Source: Podarcis cretensis (Eukaryota). Taken from it: a stretch of 64,000 nt of DNA. The translations under genes and the position numbers were made by a program. Every line of letters starts with the position of its first letter. Position 1 is the stretch's first letter. Shown here piece by piece: positions 37,036 through 64,000 of this stretch. The stretch is taken from positions 106,640,001-106,704,000 of the forward strand of contig OX638149.1 in assembly GCA_951804945.1 (NCBI GenBank). Reading direction: 5' to 3'. The notes under the pieces are model-generated. The model was not told the DNA's origin and did not search any database. It saw only the letters and a program-made list of their open reading frames with translations.

Positions 37036-39385
37036 GCTGGATTGGGAGAACGTGCATGTGTAAAGTAGAACGTGTGCTTGACTGATTCCTTGCCATGTGA
37101 ACTATTTTTGCGCTACCATTCTAATTGTGGACTTTATTGCAGTACATTAACTTATCTTCTGAAGGGCTCAATAACAACAGCAAACACATAGGAACACAGA
37201 GGGAAAAAATACGGGGGGGGGGGGGGAGATGAGCTCTCCACTCAACTGTAACTACCAAGTGCCTAAAATTCAATTACCTGCTCAAATTAATCAAAGCAAT
37301 AGGACTTTATTTGATTGGGTATTGTTTTACACCAATAAATTTGTTCAGTGTTTTTAACCAAAATGTAAAATACATATTGTATTTTTGTTTTGTTTTGTTA
37401 CATACCATTTAGTGAATAGCCTTCAGTGGGCTTTCTTGATCTCATGACTTGTAAATAGGTAATACTTGGAAGTGATCCGCTGTGGATTTTTTTAATGATT
37501 TCAATACATTCCTCCTGGACAGTTTGACTTAGTTTTGAGATTCTGTTGCACTTATTATTATTATGATGTATGCATACACCTTCATATGCATATGTAAGGA
37601 CTTACCATATACGAAGGGGAGAAACTCATTAAATTGTACCCTTTTAAGAAAAATGCATTCCTCTTAAGGGTGGGAAAAACATCCAGAAAACAGAAGTTGA
37701 TGTAGATGTGATTACATTTTACAAAGGGTTAAACTTAACTGGGATAAGAAAGGCTTGGATAGTGGGGTTTCGGCTGTAAATAGGATGTGATAACATATGG
37801 CTTATTTTAAATACACAGCTACCTGCTTTCAGATTCTACCTGCTATATACCAGTTGGTAGTGAAGCTGAAGTGAGGAGGTATAGCTCATAGAACACAATG
37901 CAAACACAGAAGAATCATGGATGAAATTCCACCACTGTTTTCTACAGGTAGAGGCAGCTTTTGGGTAACAATGTTATTTATTAATTAGCACTAAGATATT
38001 AACTTCTCAGTAATCAGTATTATAATTCCTGAGGACCACAACTGCTCAGTTGTCAGAATAATGAAAATCTGGTGCCCTGCCGAAAAATTAGGATACCCTC
38101 CATAAATAAGCTTGTACCTCCATTCCACAAGAAATTCTGCCATGCGACAATCCAGGTTGGCTCATAAAGTAAGAGCTGTCTCTCAGCTGAAATGTAGCTA
38201 GTTAACAAAACAGTTGTATCACTGCTTACATTCTCAAACCTGAAATAGATTTTTTTATCCCAGTTCAGATCTGCTGATGGATGCAGCATCTACAAGAAGT
38301 GTTAAGTCAGATGTGCAGTTGGAAATTGTAAATGTATTTGCACTTCATTTCTTCCAAACATGTGGGTTTAATAGGGAACGCACAAGCTGTTGAACGCTAC
38401 AGTGCACAGATGACTTTCTCATTTTAGAAATGCATCTGCCTTGCGCTTGTGGCTATCCTTTCCAGATTAGAGTGCTTGTATTTCAAATTTTAACCAGTTG
38501 AAACATTTAAAGCAAAGTTTTAATTACCAAGAGCGGCCATTGCCAACTCCACCTATTGCTTACAAGGCAGGGCACTTGATTTTCTCTCCCAAGACAAAAA
38601 TCAGACTAAAGTTAAGGGACATCTTGCTTACAGCTTTCCTTTCCTGGTAGCACTGCATCACTGTTAATTGTAAAATTTATTGTATAGTATTTAACCACTG
38701 AATTATTTTCTTTTTTGTTGTGCTTATGTGAACCACTGGTAAAGGTCCCATATTCCTTTAATAATGTGTAGTTATATGATAATGTTTCTAAATGTACAGA
38801 TATTTTGCTACAAATTTGGTGCTTTTTATGGTTTTTACACTTCTCTTTAATTCCCACTCTAGCCTCGGGGTAATATTGTAAATATTGTTTAAAAATGCAT
38901 CAGCCTGTGCTATACAATCTGAATGTTATTTTAACTTATAGTTTTGTTTTTTTATATTTAACTAAATGGACAGTTTGGGGCTCAAAAGTTATTACATTGA
39001 CATTTGCTTAACTATTTACAGAGAAGTTTATTTTAAACAAACTGCCAATTGTTCTCTCAATTTACAGCAATGTGTACTTGACATGTTAAAGAGAACATGC
39101 CACGATTGTGCCATTTTCCTTCGCAGAAAGATGAATGTTTAGGTTTGGGGGAAACAACATTTGGTAATATAATTCAAAAATTTAAGGAGTTATGAGAAAT
39201 CACAGTATGCTAAAAATATTTAGAAAGGAACAATGGGCTGTAATATTGGCATGTTCTCTTCAATATTTTATCTAGTAACAGACCTGCTTCTTAGCAATAT
39301 TATAGGTGTTTTATAAAAGCAGTTCATGTTACTTTTCTGATCTGTTCATGGCATATGATTGAATAAACTATTTACACTACTACAA
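37036..39385 (+). other. FMNL2: FMNL2 3'UTR (end approximate)
   Basis: AT-rich stretch after the stop with no recognisable repeats; AATAAA at 37334-37339 and 39362-39367. Confidence 0.7.
39362..39367 (+). terminator. Probable distal polyadenylation signal of FMNL2
   Basis: AATAAA at the end of the UTR-like block, followed by CA dinucleotides and a U-rich tract. Confidence 0.65.
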
Positions 39386-39894
39386 ATGATCCACAGCTTT
39401 TCCTTGTTACTCAGACTGATCTATATGGGGCCATGGAACTATGCAGAGTAGCAGGGCTGTGCTAAAACAAGAACCAGAGAGGGCTGCATGTAGGCGTGAG
39501 TTCCTATTGGCACTGGACTTTTTCCACAATGTAGTAGTAATGAGCTATAAACAGGTAACTTCATTACCATGCACTTTCTCCTATAAGGTTAAGAGCAAAC
39601 AACTCTTTTTAAATTAAACGCTGGAAAAATGTAACCTAGTGATGGGATGAGCGGACTACATAGACTCAGAATTGTAGAATTGGAAAGATCTCCATGTAAC
39701 CATTTGCATTGCTTTACATTTGCATTAGGCAAAACCTATTTGAAGAAGTTTCAAATGATGCAGTTTATATGTATGTTGTTTCTCTTTGAGACGCAGTGGG
39801 GAAAGTTCAAATGTACAAGATATGCAAACTAGAGAAGAAATCAGATTGTAGCAAATAAGATATGGGGCATGACAGTTTGCAGAAATATGAAGAA

Positions 39895-42240
39895 ACTAAC
39901 TTTATACTTAAAGCTTTTTATTTTTAATGGAAAAATAAAGACAACGCTTTAAAAAGTAATGTTTACTTAGAAACATGTCTCTTCATGTAAATTATGCAAG
40001 GCGGCAATAAGAAAATATTTTACATAAATATCACTTGCATCGGAGCGGGGAAACTGCTATTCCTTCATAGCTGTTTTAAGTACTGTGAAACTTTCCCACC
40101 TCTACACCAGTATGTAGCTGAGTGTGAAACATGATGCGCTACCAATCCATGTACGGCAAACTATGCAATTGGTATGAACAAGTTAACCGTACTTGCAGTT
40201 TCTCAAACAGGAAGCCAAATATGCAAATTTTTTTTTCTTTGCCTCCTCAACATTAACAAAATACATATTTAAACTCTCTTGTATAAGCAGAGTCCCAAAC
40301 ACTATGACAGCAGGAAGTCATAGCATTTTACATTCTCATTCCCCAACACTTACTGCTCTGGAATTTCCTGGACGTTTCACTGCACTCTACCTTAAGCTAT
40401 ATAACTAGACAAAATTAGTATGAATAATTTTTCATTAAGAAGTGATCACCATAAAGGAGGGATGATTCATTTTGTTGCGCCTGAGAGTATTCAGAATGCA
40501 TCGTGTACAACCCTGTACTGTTTGATGTTTCCCCCCATACTCTATCAATTGGGGGAGGGGGGAAGAGAAGGAAAAATCAGTGAAAATGGCTTCTCTCCAA
40601 TCAGCAGAGTTCCCTTATAGGAGTGGCAGTTCCAAGCCACTGTACTGCGAAGCCAACCTTTTACTTGCAAGTAGAGCAAACTGTTACACAAGCGCCATAG
40701 AAATCTGTAAAACCTAAGGATAACAACATGCCTGCTATATTTGTCCTTATTTCTTAATTTGCATAGTAGAGGCTAAATTCACAAATAAAAAGGCCAATCT
40801 TGAATTACCACCACTATATATTGTTAAGTATTCCACTTCTGTGCTGTTACAGATCTTTGACAGCTCCTTTCTTTTGTTGCTGTGATTATACATATATTAA
40901 AAAGGAAGCACCACACTAGAGTACTTTACTTAACCAGTAACACTGTGTGAGATCAGTAATGTGTTGGCTGTACAGAGCATTTTTAAAAAACAGAAAAAAT
41001 ACTAGTGCACGCTAGAAGACAAGGTTTAATAAGTGATAAAAATGTACAAAAATATTCAAATCAGAAAGATTTTAGAGTCTGTACCACAGTAGTCAATACT
41101 CCTCAATGTATAGGGCTGATAGTTTTAATCAAAGGCTGGTCAGAATCTATTCAGTACAAAGGAAAAAGAACAGAATAAAAGGAGACCAGGTTTTCAACAT
41201 TAGGTCAACATCTTTCAAAAGAAAAGTATTACGTTAACATTGATTTTTCTAGACAAGAGTATTGCAACTGCTTTCCAAAACTTGGTGGTACATTCTTCGG
41301 AAGTCCTTAAGGCAACATATTGCATCAATTTAGTCTGATTTTGCTATTTTCTGTAACATTAAGATTAATGCTGAAATAATACCCTTTGCCAATTTGGTTT
41401 TTTTCTTTGTACATATACCAGGTTCTTTTCTAATAAAAAATGGCAGCTATGTTATTACATCAGCATACCTTACAGCCTTGAAAATTAAGGGCCTATTAGG
41501 ATTTCCATTAATTAATCTATTTTTCACAGTTTTAAAACTTGACACTAAAAATTCACCTCAGGGTGAAACTCGATATACATTTCAACCTAAAGTCAAAATT
41601 CAATAGAAACCACCTAAAACATCATTTTGGCCAGCAAGGTAATACACAAAAACCCAGTAATGGATTCTGGACTACCATAAATGAAGAAAAAATATTTCCC
41701 CCTCTCTTTTTCCTTTCCCTCCACTTGCAAAATAAAAAAGTAATTAAAAAAACCCAACAGAAGTGGAGCCCAAGAAAATTATAGGAGCATCTTTCTGAAC
41801 AGAACATGTGCACCCCTTACCCACCCCCAGACCTTATTTGACAAGAAAAACAAGTTTAGGCTTTCATAGCAAGAGCTGTTTTATAGACACAAGAGGCCCG
41901 AAAGGCTCAAGTACTTTTCCAAGCCGCTATTGAAAGGGCTCAAAAATAAAAAGATTTTCTGTTCATCCTAATGTGCTCTTTGAAGAATGCCAAGGTGCAT
42001 GGGGTATATATACAGGCTGCCTAGCTTATTAGAAGCAGAACTTCAGCTTGAATTCTGAATGTTCACCGTCTTTGACAATTTGCTGCCAGGCACACAATGA
42101 TATTATTTGAAATATTTAGTTATGCAGTAGAACTGAAAAGCCATTGCTATGCCAATGGAACATTGGAATCCATTTCCTGAAATGAATCATCTATATTTCT
42201 TATTAAATCACATTGTAAACATATTTGGTATAAATACTTT
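39895..42240 (-). other. PRPF40A: PRPF40A 3'UTR (end approximate)
   Basis: AT-rich stretch with no recognisable repeats; - strand ATTAAA at 41030-41025 (upstream UGUA, downstream U-rich tract) and AATAAA at 39922-39917. Confidence 0.65.
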
Positions 42241-62424
<20,184 letters not shown>

Positions 62425-64000
62425 CTGTAGGGAAAAAAAATTAAAACTTACACGATGTATTACATGCTAACTTAAGCAAATTCAACTATAGGAGCTTGGT
62501 AGCAGTTACTGTTTTATAGACAGAAATCACTCTTGGAACATAAAATATTAACAAGACAGCATCTCCCTCTCTCACACACTCTCGTCCCACTGAGGACTTA
62601 AACCCAGTACTACATTATGACATTGCCCTGTAATGCCTACCCCCTGGTAAGCAACCACCAACCTTATTTTGCCACCACAACCAGCGAGTAACATATCACA
62701 GCTTTGCAAAATGAAGTAATGGTAGTGAAGAACAAGGGATGATGAAGCTTTTCCATTTTAAAGAAGTTAGGATCCTATGTGCAACTTTAAGAATCCACCC
62801 CAGCCTTTTTCCTCTGCTTGCCTGTATTTCTTTCTGCCTCCCCCTCCCAACTTCGGTAGGTCACTCAAACGTGGAGAAGTGAAGAGAGGTAGTGGAGCAA
62901 TGGAGGTGTCCCTGCAAGCCCTCTCTCACTTGCCAGCCAGTAGGAAAGCCCCCTTGCCAGCCAACAGCCAATGAGAAAATACAGAGACTGAGGAAGGCAC
63001 TACAAACAAGGTAATACTGGGAATTTGATAAAGTAGTTTTTGCTTTGAAACCTAACCCCTGCTTAAGAAGCAACTCTGCTATGTGGGTGGTGACCATTTT
63101 AGGCACATCCAATTGACACACGATCGCCGATGAGTGTGTGTGGTGTGGTGTAATGGAGCACACTTATCCGTGCTCCACCAATGTGTGCAAGGGCTGGGAA
63201 CGGACCCTCTGCACGAAATGGTTGCTGCCTGTATATAAAGCTACACATCACACTATCAAAGCAGCCCTACTGGTCATGTTTTTGATAGCGCTTCCAATAT
63301 GATTTTCAAATGTCTGCTACGACATGCCTCATTCTCCTGGATGCTAAAAAGGAGCTATGAGAAAGATGAAGCCGACACTAAACATGGCTAGATAATGCAA
63401 TTCGTTAACAGGCGCTTGGTGAACCATATTATTGTTCTGCCAACCGCTAAACTTGGAAAATCTTCAAAGGACTGTTTCAAAAGATTGAACCAATTAATCT
63501 TGAAATTGAAATCCTATGAATTGCTCTCTGTTATTCCAATTTATTACTGTGAAGGTGATGCAACAGTATAGCAACACTATGTTAGTCAAGTGAGAGGTGA
63601 TGAATTTTTTTTTAATGATAATTTGACCTAACCAGAAAAAAGCCTTTAGATTTATACTATAAATATGCCATAGCTAAACAAATTTCCTGAGGGAGCCTTG
63701 TCCTTAAATGTTCAGCAGCACAATAGGGTGACAAGGCTCATGACTTCATCAGGCCTTTCACATCACCTCACATTATTTCAAGAATCCTTCAATACAGGAC
63801 TATCTGCTTGGGTAAGTTGTCACATAATAAAATTTGATTTATTTTGTTTTTTCAACAGGGGGTAAGGGGCTGGGGGGGGGGTGTAAGAGAACAGAGAAGT
63901 CATTTTGTGTGCCACTTTTGTTTTGCCACTTATCTTTTAGCATTTGCTGCTTTAAGCATAGCTCTGATGCTGTAAAAATATTCCCTGGGTCCCTGAAGCT

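Overview
Vertebrate genomic DNA, almost certainly a lizard and probably a lacertid, judged from the Sauria SINEs, BovB/RTE, CR1 and tRNA-Lys/CR1-tailed SINE pieces. The window holds two convergent spliced genes. On the + strand is the 3' part of FMNL2 (formin-like 2): FH3 end, coiled coil, polyproline FH1, FH2 and WH2/DAD, with 16 consecutive in-phase exons from 683 to 31333, two recognisable alternative C-terminal exons (32591-32682 and 36926-37035) and a 3'UTR to about 39.4 kb. On the - strand is most of PRPF40A (WW-WW-FF spliceosomal factor): 23 in-phase exons from 62424 down to the stop at 42241, with a 3'UTR to about 39.9 kb. Both 5' ends lie outside the window. All exon phases were checked by hand and join into continuous reading frames. 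The most interesting items are: (1) a minimal hammerhead ribozyme core in a Penelope-type foldback, sense to the PRPF40A pre-mRNA; (2) an apparent cassette exon in PRPF40A whose alternative 5' splice sites switch between in-frame and stop-containing forms, alongside three frame-shifting microexons; (3) the FMNL2 C-terminal splicing region, with dense RBFOX/QKI/NOVA motifs and further candidate terminal exons; (4) a remnant of an SGNH-hydrolase-bearing retroelement. There are two N gaps (4754-4905 and 34214-34385). Comparisons with human proteins are from memory, not from a search.
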